Shown here: in pieces, positions 1-11,509 of the stretch
Layout: the number at the start of each line of letters is the position of its first letter
Position numbering within the stretch: the first letter of the stretch is position 1
Source: Tubiluchus corallicola
Lineage: Eukaryota; Animalia; Priapulida
Length of the DNA: 31,337 nucleotides
Direction of reading: 5' to 3'
NCBI GenBank assembly: GCA_030141605.1
Contig: JAQGDQ010001639.1
Coordinates: 1-31,337 of the forward strand
Program-made: the position numbers and the translations under genes
Notes under the pieces: generated by a model
Told to the model about the DNA's origin: nothing
Seen by the model: only the letters and a program-made list of their open reading frames with translations
Database searches by the model: none

Positions 1-205
1 GATATGAACGCAACTTGATACTATAATCCTATTGTAGACAATAACGTATTAAATATAGTGAACCCCACTTCTATAACGTATTCCCGTTGTGAAATATGGA
101 ATGTGATAGTACCAAAGTATCCCATAACGATTTCACGAAGCCAAACATATTGTACTTTTACAATTCAACGTATAGTTCGTGGCAAAGCAAACAAAATGGC
201 AACTA

Positions 206-650
206 ATTATAGATTAGATTTTAGATTTTAATAGATTTATTTCGCAATAAACATATACATATGCATTACATTACATGTGCATCAGGTTTTATTAATAAAA
301 AAATATGATAAAATTCATGAATACTGCGCTAGAGACCTAAGAAGCTAGCTTATGGTAGGCCACTAGAATTAGTTACGAAAAAAATTACAATATTTACAGA
401 TACAATATTACAATATATACAAATATAAATACGGGTGGGAAGTATTAAAAATTTTATTATACTATACAGCTTTGAAAATAAAAAACAACAAATCATGATT
501 TAGTGATCAGTTATATGTTTCAAGTAAGTTTAATTTATATATTTTTTTCAATATGGACAGCGAGTTGACATTTTTAATAGCTGGAGCAATTGAATTCCAT
601 ATGTAAGGGCCATTGTATTTAATAGAAAATTTTCTAACATTTGTGTTGCA
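206..650 (-). mobile_element. 5'-truncated non-LTR retrotransposon (L2/Crack/CR1-group) 3' end
   Basis: Minus strand 650-507 translates as CNTNVRKFSIKYNGPYIWNSIAPAIKNVNSLSILKKIYKLNLLETYN*, matching the ORF2 C-terminal pattern (TN..KFSI.Y.GP.IWNS.P..IK...SL..FKK) of L2/Crack-type LINEs. It is followed by an AT-rich 3' UTR with a stem-loop (~330-367) and AATAAA plus short (AATCTA)-like tail repeats at ~206-245. Confidence 0.8.
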
Positions 651-1427
651 CTATATGTAGTGATAGTGCAGCCTATAACGTTATATTATATTATAGATTT
701 TTAGACATAAAAAATCTTTAAAACTTTGCCGACAGTTGACACCACGCGTGCCACCTTGTGGCATGGCAACAAGTCTGCTAATCGAGCATATGTTTAATGA
801 TGCTTTAATAAATAAAAGCTACAAGCCGCCAGCAGAAGCTTCACGAAGCCGACTATCGTAACGAACGCGCCGGTACATGTACATTTGGGTGGCATGTTGT
901 GGCTTACGCTAAATAAATACTCCGCATTATGCAGGTTAAATCTGCGGTTGCTAGGATATTTATAGCATCTTCTCCATCTGTTTGAAGCTGCGTAAGAAGT
1001 TCTACAATCGGGCAATGGCTGCACGGGCAGGGTTTTGGTATGCGCCGATTCCTCAGCGTCTGATGGAGCTAATTTAACCCGCCAGCAAGCAACGAGAGCT
1101 GTGGACCCCCCCCCCCCAATTGCTGATGACCCGAGATTATCCCGATTTGTGGCGTTTGTTAAGAGTTTTGCAGGAAGACTGGAAGGCCAAAAGATGTTAC
1201 ATGATGAACATCACAACTATTAAATTATGCAAATTGATTCACATAATGAATTTCCTAAGACAAAGGACAGATTGATACGAGTTCTCAAATGCTTCACATC
1301 AATATCTCCGTCTCTACATGATTCTGTTTGTACCTCCATTCCAGGCCCCAACACCCAATGATTTGGAATATGCTCCACACGCGTTCCGTCAATGGTGCAA
1401 GTTCAATTTTATTTTATTTTTCATATC

Positions 1428-1842
1428 CCCTAAAAACTTTTATTCTTTGTGTCTCCCCTCCCTAAGAAGTTTTCTTCTTCGTGTCTCCCCCTCCCTAAGA
1501 ACTTTTCTTCATCGTCTCCCCCTCCCTAACAACGTTTCTTCTTTCCGTCTCCCCCTCCCTAAGAACTTTTCTTCTTTCTTTCCCCCTCCCAAAGAAGTTT
1601 TCTTCTTCGTGTCTCCCCCTCCCTAAGAAGTTTTCTTCTTCGTCTCCCCCTCCCTAAGAACTTTTCTTCTTCGTCTCCCCCTCCCTAAGAACTTTTCTTC
1701 TTCGTCACCCCTCCCTAAAAACTTATTCTTCTTCGTCACCCCCTCCCTAAGAATTTTTCTTCTTTCCGTCTCCCCCTCCCTAAGAACTTTTTTCTTCATT
1801 CTTCCCTCCCTAATAACTTTTTTCTTCATCTTTCCCTCCCCA
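1428..1842. repeat. Pyrimidine-rich minisatellite, ~31-bp unit (gtctccccctccctaagaacttttcttcttc), ~13 imperfect copies
   Basis: Tandem repeats visible directly; ORFs 1318-1626 and 1623-1829 are read-throughs of it. Confidence 0.92.
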
Positions 1843-2257
1843 ACTCACTCTCCGAGTATTCAGTCTAGTACAGCGTGAAATTGTCTCTAATCTCACTGTC
1901 TACTAGGAGTGCAAGGTGAATAACCATCATTGCTTATTTTACAGTCTCTCTATTTCCCGTTTTCATTAACATCAGATCAATACACGTGGGCTGGAAAAGT
2001 CCACGCCGAGAAATTCCAGGAAAAATCGTGTGCAAAACATTAAATAAAACCGCTATCATTTTATAGCTTGCATCAGTTGAATGTACGAGATATGGTTCCG
2101 GGCGTTTGCTCAAACAACAAATGTTAAATGTTATTTACTCATTCAATGTGGCTCGAAAAAAACTACCCACATTTTTTATTCTAGTGCCTTTAACGCTATG
2201 AAACAAACTCTATGGTTTGTGCAACTAAAACAATTTTCCAGTTTGGATTATCATTTT

Positions 2258-2492
2258 AATATAGTATAATACAATACAGTACAATACAGTACGGTACGGT
2301 ACAGTATAACATAACATAACATAACATAACATAACATAACATAACATAACATAACATAACATAACATAACATAACATAACATAACATAACATAACATAAC
2401 ATAACATAACATAACATAACATAACATAACATAACATAACATAACATAACATAACATAACATAACATAACATAACATAACATAACATAACAC
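2258..2492. repeat. (ATAAC)n pentanucleotide microsatellite with degenerate (ATACA/GTACA) lead-in
   Basis: Perfect ATAAC run ~2306-2490; produces the spurious CYVML-repeat ORFs. Confidence 0.97.
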
Positions 2493-2720
2493 AATATATA
2501 ACTCTTTATTTTGTATCAAAGATAGAATACAAAGGTACGATAAAATTACAATACAATCAAGTTCAATACAATCTAAAATATATTATAACATACACAAACA
2601 TGTTACTTCATAGGTTTCTTGTATTTAGGTCTTTATAAAATTCATTTTCTATTACACGTTTCACCTTAATACAAGACAAGTTCAGCTACAGGTGTCTTAT
2701 ATTTCGTACGGACGGATTGA
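2258..2720 (-). mobile_element. Possible highly decayed LINE (RTEX-like) 3' end whose tail is the (GTTAT)n microsatellite
   Basis: On the minus strand AATAAA (~2504-2509) is followed closely by the pentamer tail. Faint peptide traces YKTPVAE and IENEF at ~2640-2705 resemble the RTEX zinc-knuckle region, but in broken frames. Confidence 0.35.
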
Positions 2721-3112
2721 CCAGCCTTGTTAATTTCATAGAAGACTCTAACAATATAGCCATCTGAGTGAGACATAAGACTTCTATACTACAAGTACTT
2801 TATTCACTGTACAAGTGTTTATTTACGTCTAGACGTAGAAAATGGAAAACAACAAAGATACATCAGAAGTCAGAGTTTTTCCTATTCTACGATGAACCTA
2901 CCGATGTGACCTAGTGGTTCATTCAAACACAGCACACACAGTAACAAGTACATACACACAAGTACTGGGGGGATACAGTAGACAAGGGAATTATTTACAT
3001 TAATTACGTTAATGATAGTTTGAATCGACTGTCTGTTATGTACGAACGACACGTCTGCTAAACGCATCATTATGTAGGATGAGGGGGAGGTCAGTGCACT
3101 TGCTGTAAGAGA

Positions 3113-3939
3113 AGGTTTCCGGAATGCTGTACACGAGGCATAGAACACACATGAACACGAAGGTTTCCGGAGTTGCTGTACACGAGGCATAGAACACACA
3201 CGAACACGAAGGTTTCCGGAGTTGCTGTACACGAGGCATAGAACACACACGAACACAAAGGTTTCCGGAGTTGCTGTACACGAGGCATAGAACACACACG
3301 AACACGAAGGTTTCCGGAGTTGCTGTACACGAGGCATAGAACACACACGAACACAAAGGTTTCCGGAGTTGCTGTACACGAGGCATAGAACACACACGAA
3401 CACAAAGGTTTCCGGAGTTGCTGTACACGAGGCATAGAACACACACGAACACGAAGGTTTCCGGAGTTGCTGTACACGAGGCATAGAACACACACGAACA
3501 CAAAGGTTTCCGTAATGCTGTACACGAGGCATAGAACACACACGAACACAAAGGTTTCCGTAATGCTGTACACGAGCATAGAACACACACGAACACGAAG
3601 GTTTCCGGAGTTGCTGTACACGAGGCATAGAACACACACGAACACAAAGGTTTCCGGAGTTGCTGTACACGAGGCATAGAACACACACGAACACAAAGGT
3701 TTCCGTAATGCTGTACACGAGGCATAGAACACACACGAGCACAAAGGTTTCCGGAGTTGCTGTACACGAGGCATAGAACACACACGAACACAAAGGTTTC
3801 CGTAATGCTGTACACGAGGCATAGAACACACACGAACACAAAGGTTTCCGTAATGCTGTACACGAGCATAGAACACACACGAACACGAAGGTTTCCGGAG
3901 TTGCTGTACACGAGGCATTGAACACACACGAACACAAAG
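3113..3939. repeat. Minisatellite, 48-49-bp unit (aggtttccggagttgctgtacacgaggcatagaacacacacgaacacga), ~17 copies
   Basis: Unit starts at 3161 and 3210 give a 49-bp period; a 48-bp ccgtaatgctg variant is interspersed. The three minus-strand ORFs over it are repeat read-throughs. Confidence 0.97.
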
Positions 3940-3969
3940 CTAATATACAGACAACCACGAATTCTTCCA

Positions 3970-4668
3970 CAGAATTTATTATTGGCATATACTGGATACT
4001 TACAATGACATATATACAACAAAATACAAGCACAGCTATTACATTACAGCTATAGAGCCAAAAAACACAAATAACAAATTTATATAATTTTAGTATAGAT
4101 ACAGTTAACGTATCATGAAAAATAATAAATGTTATCAATATTTACATGTTAGTACTATTTACTCCTTATTTTGAGACACTTAAAATGTAATAGGCTACTA
4201 TTTTGGTAATATCTCATTCGTCCCCCCCCCCCCCCATTGTGAATATTAGCTTTTCGTTACTCTTCAAGTCAATGAAATTGTTATTGATGATTGTTATATG
4301 AGAATAAAAAGTTTGTCTTAACCGGTTGTAGAAGCAGCAATAAAACAAAAAAAATGAATTTCCTCTTCTACTTGTTGGCTGTCACGATGTTGACAGATTC
4401 TCTGATTCACAGAGATTTTAGGTTGTTGATGTCGTCATTTTTCTATATGTAAGCAATGCGCATTTATTCGTATCTTCGTGAACAAGATTTTTTTCATATT
4501 TGCTGTTAATAAAATGTAAACAGTTTTCTTGCTTAAATTCTGATTTAAACTTGCAATAAATGCGCAGTTTATTATTTTCGTTATTATTTCTGCCTGTTTC
4601 ATTTGTAATGTTATAGTTCCAAAAATTGTTGTAGGTGGTATGTCTCCCTCAACATGACGAACAACCAA
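3970..4668 (-). mobile_element. 5'-truncated, degenerate RTEX-like non-LTR retrotransposon (ORF2 C-terminus with zinc-knuckle remnant plus 3' UTR)
   Basis: Minus-strand translation across frameshifts: FWNYNITNETGRNNNENNKLRIYCKFKSEFKQENCLHFINSKYEK/LFTKIRINAHCLHIEK*RHQQPKISVNQRICQHRDSQQVEEEIHFF/YCCFYNRLRQTFYSHITIINNNFIDLKSNEKLIF. This fits the RTEX pattern NKLRTY..FK..F..E.YL...TK.RISAH.L.IE.GR...P...R.C..C...EDE.HF...C..Y..LR. The 3' UTR ends near gccaataataaa at ~3975-3986. Confidence 0.85.
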
Positions 4669-5525
4669 TTTCTTCATTACCTGTTACAATATGTGCAAAA
4701 TGAATATATGCAACTAAAGGTATCCGCTATTGCTCAACGAACAAACAAGAGAAATTCATTCAGGACTGAATAGTTTCAAACCGTCTCGACGATCAATCAA
4801 CGGGGTTATTTCTTCATTACCTGTTACAATATGTGCAAAATGGTATATGCAACTAAAGGTATCCGCTACTGCTCAACGAACAAGCAAGAGAAATTCATCC
4901 AGGACTGAATAGTTTCAAACCGTCTCGACGATCAATCAACGGGGTCATTTCTTCATTACCTGTTACAATATGTGCAAAATGATATATGCAACTAAAGGTA
5001 TCCGCTATTGCTCAACGAACAAACAAGAGAAATTCGTTCAGGACTGAATAGTTTCGAACCGTCTCGACGATCAATCAACGGGGTCATTTCTTCATTACCT
5101 ATTACAACATGTGCAAAATGATATATGCAACTAAAGGTATCCGCTACTGCTCAACGAACAAACAAGAGAAATTCATCCAGGACTGAATAGTTTCGAACCA
5201 ACTCGACGATCAATCAACGGGGTCATTTCTTTATTACCTATTACAATATGTGCAAAATGATATATGCAAATAAAGGTATCCTCTATGCAACTAAAGGTAT
5301 CCACTACTGCGCAACGAACAAGCAAGAGAAATTCAATCAGGACTGAATAGTTTCGAACCGTCTCGACGATCAATCACAGGGGTCATTTCTTCATTACCTG
5401 TTACAATATGTGCAAAATGATATCTGCAACTAAAGGTATCCACTACTGCTCAACGAACAAGCAAGAGAAATTCATTCAGGACTGAATAGTTCGGAACCAT
5501 CTCGACGATCAATCAGTGGGGTCAT
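4668..5525. repeat. Tandem repeat, 139-bp unit, ~6 copies
   Basis: Equivalent positions (tcttcattacc and variants) at 4671, 4811, 4950, 5089, 5228 and 5388; the fifth unit carries an internal ~20-bp duplication. Confidence 0.96.
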
Positions 5526-6087
5526 GCATCAGTGGGGTAGCCGCCGCTTATTTTAAACACCAACTAGCCGGGAAACTGATATGATGGAGTCGTTTTTTAA
5601 ACGAGGCAATTCGTGCTCACGGTTGCGAAGAAATTTCACTCAAGAGCTAAACGAGGTCTGTATGTCAGCTTACGAGTACAGTACCAGCATGTACCGGTAC
5701 AAAAATTCTAACCTAGACCACCTGTATCGCTCGATTAATATCATTATGTAGAATAGCTTTCCCGGCTACAATAGAGGAAATCTTTAAAATGACAATAATG
5801 AACTGTCACGGGGACAATGCAAATGCATAAATCATACCTTTAATGCCTGGGACGTATAGTCTATTATTGGTTATTACTCAAACCACTCTGAAAGTATCTG
5901 CAGTGAAAACAGAATACTGTAAACTTTATTAGGGTGCTTATACAACAGTATAATTAAAAACTAGACTGGATAAGTGGTCAGTTATTAGTCAAAACATTAT
6001 ATTTGCCATAGTATTATTAACATGACTTATTTTTGGGTGCAAAATACAAGTAATGCATTAGAAATTGATAAGTCTGTTGTAATTTTT

Positions 6088-6775
6088 CATCTTCATGTCT
6101 CCTCCTTACCCATGTTATAAGGGTTCTCTCTTTGTGTCTCCCCCTTCCTAAGAAGTTAGTTTAAACATAATTTATTTAGGATTAGATCAGACAGTTTGTA
6201 CAACATGATTTAAGATCTTCACCACAACAGACTTTATACACTATTTACAAGAACATTTACAGTAAGAATAGACTATACTTAGTTTTTAGTATACTTTAGT
6301 ATACTAAAGCTTTACTACAGTGATACATTAGACATTAGTAAAAAATGACGGTTAATAAATATTAATGTACGATTATTTAAGAATGATGCATTTTATATCA
6401 GATAAAAACTACAGGAAGCGTTTAGATCATAATATAAAGTCATGTATACATTGAAATATTTTACAGTTAGCAAAGTTAAATTCATCTTTACCGAATAATA
6501 ACAACCTCAACCGATCATTATTTCCTAAGACAGCTATATTAAGGTTTTCGGGCTGAAGTATTTCATTTAATTTATCAAACATAACTACCCCTAGCTAGTT
6601 GATACAATGGGCAGTGCAACAAAAAGTGTTCAACAGACTCAAATCGAAGTTTTCCTCTTCATGTCTCCTCCTTACCCATGTTATAAGGGTTCTCTCTTTG
6701 TGTCTCCCCCTTCCCAAGAAGTTTTCCTCTTCATGTCTCCTCCTTACCCATGTTATAAGGGTTTCTCTCCCTCTG
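6088..6775. repeat. 72-bp tandem repeat (~2.6 copies) interrupted by a LINE insertion; related to the 1428-1842 minisatellite
   Basis: cttcatgtctcctccttacccatgttataaggg recurs at 6091, 6657 and 6729. Removing the insert and one TSD copy restores an exact 72-bp first unit. Confidence 0.9.
6158..6645 (-). mobile_element. 5'-truncated CR1-like non-LTR retrotransposon with 6-bp target-site duplication GAAGTT
   Basis: Minus strand reads RFESVEHFLLHCPLYQLAR/(frameshift)VVMFDKLNEILQPENLNIAVLGNNDRLRLLLFGKDEFNFANCKIFQCIHDFIL*SKRFL*, the E..EH..L.C..Y...R...LLFG...N..IF...FI..SKRF C-terminus of zinc-knuckle-bearing invertebrate CR1-type ORF2. The 3' end reads aataaattatgtttaaact. GAAGTT lies at 6152-6157 and 6646-6651. 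Confidence 0.85.
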
Positions 6776-7011
6776 TGTTTCTTACTCGTCTAGGACAAGG
6801 AAGTCTACGACTTGCACAGTTGTTTTGGAAAATCTGTCGTAAACAAGTTTTGCTTCCCACATTCACACGCGACCCTGGTTTGAAGATAACCTGGATCTGA
6901 CACTCTCTACTCTACATACTTACACACTCGTCTGTGCTCTGCATTGCAGCTACTCACATGCATAAACAGTAAACAACTTTCACGTTCATACTGTGTTTAA
7001 GCCAGGAAATC

Positions 7012-7690
7012 TTAAAGCAATCTTAAACTGTATGCAAAACAATCTACTCTTTAAAATATTAAATGGAAACATACTCTTTTTTCAAAAATGAAAAAATTAT
7101 TACCACACAAACATAATTTTGCATTCGCACCACTAGTTCTTTGCTGTTACATGCATTTCACCATTCGTTAGTTAGACGGGCACTAGCGCCTGCATTTCGG
7201 AAACGCGTTGCACACAAAACAGGTGCTGTATCTCTCATTTCAGAGGCGTTCGTTTGTGATGTACTCGACAGCTCATGCGTGTGCACAGCGATAAATTTGA
7301 AATTTGAATTTTTTATCCTAAAACTTGTCTAGTTCTAGTACAATGCCCTGAATCAATTACAGTAACATTGAATTTTCGCCTTTTGCAAACAAGTGCAACA
7401 CGCTCATGGAATGTTTTTGCTGTTGAAAATTATGTTCGTTTGTGATGCCATTACTACTACCACTACCACTACCACTACCACTACCACTACCACTACCACT
7501 ACCACTACCACTACCACTACCACTACCACTACCACTACTACTACTGCTGCTGCTGCTAATTATCAGAAATGCATCAGCAAATTACTGGTGTTAAAATGTA
7601 TGCTTTTTACAGTACTTGAACATAGGGTAGAGCATGTGAAAAATCGTTCTGTCATCCTTTAAACAATTTCAACAAATATTAGATATGACG
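7012..7690 (+). mobile_element. Interspersed repeat copy 1 (non-autonomous DNA transposon relic starting TTAA-AG, Kolobok-like)
   Basis: Colinear similarity over ~600 bp with 24751-25390 (e.g. caaaacaatctactctttaaaatatt, gttagacgggca, cctgcatttcggaaa, gtgcaacacgctc). Both copies begin at TTAAAGCAA. The superfamily call rests only on the TTAA+purine terminus. Confidence 0.7.
7452..7558. repeat. (ACCACT)n / (ACT)n / (GCT)n compound microsatellite
   Basis: Directly visible; gives the poly-Thr in spurious ORF 7393-7662. Confidence 0.96.
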
Positions 7691-7960
7691 CCACTGCAAC
7701 TTTGCAACCCCCCCCCCCCCAACACAGACACATATTAATAACGCTTATATCAAACGGACCAAGGAAAATTTCTATCATACACCATTGAACTGAACCCCAG
7801 CCGTACTTTTATTTCATTATTTATTAAACAAAACAGCCGGTGAACAATTTCTTCGACTAGCAACTTCACTGCCAGCAACAAAAACGGCCGTTCGTCTTTC
7901 GACAATAAATCAATATGGATTTTGATCGTAGCAAAATTTAAAGGAGAAGAAACGGAAATT

Positions 7961-10755
7961 TTATGGTGACTATAACAAAGCTACGTTGGTTATGAACTAA
8001 ATATTATAGACATGACTCATGGTGACTATAACAAAGCTACGTTGGTTATGAACTAAATATTATATACATGACTTATAGTGACTATAACAAAGCTACGTTG
8101 GTTATGAACTAAACATTATATACATGACTTATAGTGACTATAACAAAGCTACGTTGGTTATGAACTAAACATTATAGACATGACTTATAGTGACTATAAC
8201 AAAGCTACGTTGGTTATGAACTAAATATTATAGACATGACTTATGGTGACTATAACAAAGCTACGTTGGTTATGAACTAAATATTATAGACATGACTTAT
8301 GGTGACTATAACAAAGCTACGTTGGTTATGAACTAAACATTATAGACATGACTTATGGTGACTATAACAAAGCTACGTTGGTTATGAACTAAACATTATA
8401 GACATGACTTATGGTGACTATAACAAAGCTACCTCGGTTATGAACTTATAGACATGACTTATGGTGACTATAACAAAGCTACCTCGGTTATGAACTTATA
8501 GACATGTCTTGTGGTGACTATAACAAACGTACCTCGGTTATGAACTAAATATTATAGACATGACTTATGGTGACTATAACAAAGCTACGTTGGTTATGAA
8601 CTAAATATTATAGACATGACTTAGGGTGACTATAACAAAGCTACCTCGGTTATGAACTAAACATTATAGACATGTCTTGTGGTGACTATAACAAACGTAC
8701 CTCGGTTATGAACTAAACATTATAGACATGACTTAGGGTGACTATAACAAACGTACCTCGGTTATGAACTAAATATTATAGACATGACTTATGGTGACTA
8801 TAACAAAGCTACCTCGGTTATGAACTAAATATTATAGACATGACTTATGGTGACTATAACAAAGCTACGTCGGTTATGAACTAAACATTATAGACATGAC
8901 TTATGGTGACTATAACAAAGCTACCTCGGTTATGAACTAAATATTATAGACATGACTTATGGTGACTATAACAAAGCTACGTCGGTTATGAACTAAACAT
9001 TATAGACATGACTTATGGTGACTATAACAAAGCTACGTTGGTTATGAACTAAACATTATAGACATGTCTTGTGGTGACTATAACAAACGTACCTCGGTTA
9101 TGAACTAAATATTATAGACATGACTTATGGTGACTATAACAAAGCTACGTCGGTTATGAACTAAACATTATAGACATGTCTTGTGGTGACTATAACAAAC
9201 GTACCTCGGTTATGAACTAAATATTATAGACATGACTTATGGTGACTATAATAAACCTACCTCGGTTATGAACTTATAGACATGACTTATGGTGACTATA
9301 ACAAAGCTACGTCGGTTATGAACTAAACATTATAGACATGTCTTGTGGTGACTATAACAAACGTACCTCGGTTATGAACTAAATATTATACACATGACTT
9401 ATGGTGACTATAACAAAGCTACGTTGGTTATGAACTAAACATTATAGACATGACTTAGGGTGACTATAACAAAGCTACCTCGGTTATGAACTAAACATTA
9501 TAGACATGTCTTGTGGTGACTATAACAAACGTACCTCGGTTATGAACTAAATATTATAGACATGACTTATGGTGACTATAACAAAGCTACGTCGGTTATG
9601 AACTAAACATTATAGACATGACTTATGGTGACTATAACAAAGCTACGTTGGTTATGAACTAAACATTATAGACATGTCTTGTGGTGACTATAACAAACGT
9701 ACCTCGGTTATGAACTAAATATTATAGACATGACTTATGGTGACTATAACAAAGCTACGTCGGTTATGAACTAAACATTATAGACATGTCTTGTGGTGAC
9801 TATAACAAACGTACCTCGGTTATGAACTAAATATTATAGACATGACTTATGGTGACTATAATAAACCTACCTCGGTTATGAACTTATAGACATGACTTAT
9901 GGTGACTATAACAAAGCTACGTCGGTTATGAACTAAACATTATAGACATGTCTTGTGGTGACTATAACAAACGTACCTCGGTTATGAACTAAATATTATA
10001 CACATGACTTATGGTGACTATAACAAACCTACCTCGGTTATGAACTAAACATTATAGACATGACTTAGGGTGACTATAACAAAGCTACCTCGGTTATGAA
10101 CTAAACATTATAGACATGTCTTGTGGTGACTATAACAAACGTACCTCGGTTATGAACTAAATATTATAGACATGACTTATGGTGACTATAACAAAGCTAC
10201 GTCGGTTATGAACTAAACATTATAGACATGACTTATGGTGACTATAACAAAGCTACGTTGGTTATGAACTAAACATTATAGACATGTCTTGTGGTGACTA
10301 TAACAAACGTACCTCGGTTATGAACTAAATATTATAGACATGACTTATGGTAACTATAACAAAGCTACGTCGGTTATGAACTAAATAGACATGACTTATG
10401 GTGACTATAACAAAGCTACGTCGGTTATGAACTAAACATTATAGACATGTCTTGTGGTGACTATAACAAACGTACCTCGGTTATGAACTAAATATTATAC
10501 ACATGACTTATGGTGACTATAACAAAGCTACGTTGGTTATGAACTAAACATTATAGACATGACTTAGGGTGACTATAACAAAGCTACCTCGGTTATGAAC
10601 TAAACATTATAGACATGTCTTGTGGTGACTATAACAAACGTACCTCGGTTATGAACTAAATATTATACACATGACTTATGGTGACTATAACAAAGCTACG
10701 TTGGTTATGAACTAAACATTATAGACATGACTTAGGGTGACTATAACAAAGCTAC
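7961..10755. repeat. Satellite array, 56-bp monomer (ggtgactataacaaagctacgttggttatgaactaaatattatagacatgacttat), ~50 copies, with a 610-bp higher-order repeat
   Basis: Monomer starts at 7965, 8021 and 8077. Diagnostic variants recur 610 bp apart (9241/9851 for the ataaacctac variant with a 6-bp deletion; 9451/10061; 9061/9671/10281). Confidence 0.97.
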
Positions 10756-11124
10756 TACGAACTCATTAAAAATCGTATCTTAAACTTAACCTTAATAAGA
10801 ATCATTTATTAACTATTAAGATCACACGTGCAAAGAACCCTAACTTTAAGCATGTTGTTTACACAGACAGATACGTGCTATTTACCGATTTTTCCTGTAA
10901 ACAAGGAGGTCCGTCTATCATTTTTTTCTCATGCAGGATAGAAGAAAATGGGACGAAGTTGTTTACAGCATCCAAATCCTATTACATCCTGAATCAAGGC
11001 TTTAGACACGTGTTAATTGACGCTGGTTTACTATCCCCCTGCTGCTACTGGTATAATTCAAACTGCTCGCATGAGTTTTATCAAACCCGGTAATCTATCT
11101 AGGAGGAGCTGCCGGTGTACAGTA

Positions 11125-11331
11125 ACCAGCAGTCGGATAGACAAAAAAATGATGATTGGCAAATAGGTCAGATTTTCCCAGGAACACGAGATGAGACGCT
11201 GCATCTGGGCAGGGATAAAGCACCAGTGGTGATAAATCACTGCAAACACAAGGGCGAAGGCGGCTTGTTTTGACAACCCACCGCCCAGGTCCCATAGACG
11301 ACCACTCTACACGCACAGATGATGATGATGA
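11125..11331 (+). mobile_element. Possible decayed RTE-clade LINE 3' end with (GAT)n tail
   Basis: Broken frames give RIDKKMMIGK...WAGIK...RRLV followed shortly by gatgatgatgatg, reminiscent of RTE C-termini (K.IM.GK...W.G...WR.LV) with short microsatellite tails. Similarity is weak. Confidence 0.4.
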
Positions 11332-11509
11332 ACTCTTCATCCGTACCGTGGCAACCCACCGCCCAGGTCCCATAGACGACCACTCTACACGCACAGATGA
11401 TGATGATGAACTCTTCATCCGTACCATGGCAACCCACCGCCCAGGTCCCATAGACGGACCACTCTACACGCACAGATGATGATGAACTCTTCATCCGTAC
11501 CGTGGCAAC
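11274..11509 (+). repeat. 78-bp tandem triplication containing a (GAT)n run
   Basis: caacccaccgcccagg at 11274, 11352 and 11430; partial fourth start at 11506. Confidence 0.95.

Noticed and set aside
794-1223. Short ORFs of 76 and 62 aa as exons
   Set aside because: No recognisable motifs or convincing splice signals.
2225-2519. CYVML-repeat ORFs
   Set aside because: Translation of the (GTTAT)n microsatellite.
2882-4138. 418-, 328- and 278-aa Cys-rich ORFs
   Set aside because: All three minus frames are open only because the 48/49-bp unit lacks stops; the peptides cycle through the same three frames, and the 5' part lies in a LINE 3' UTR.
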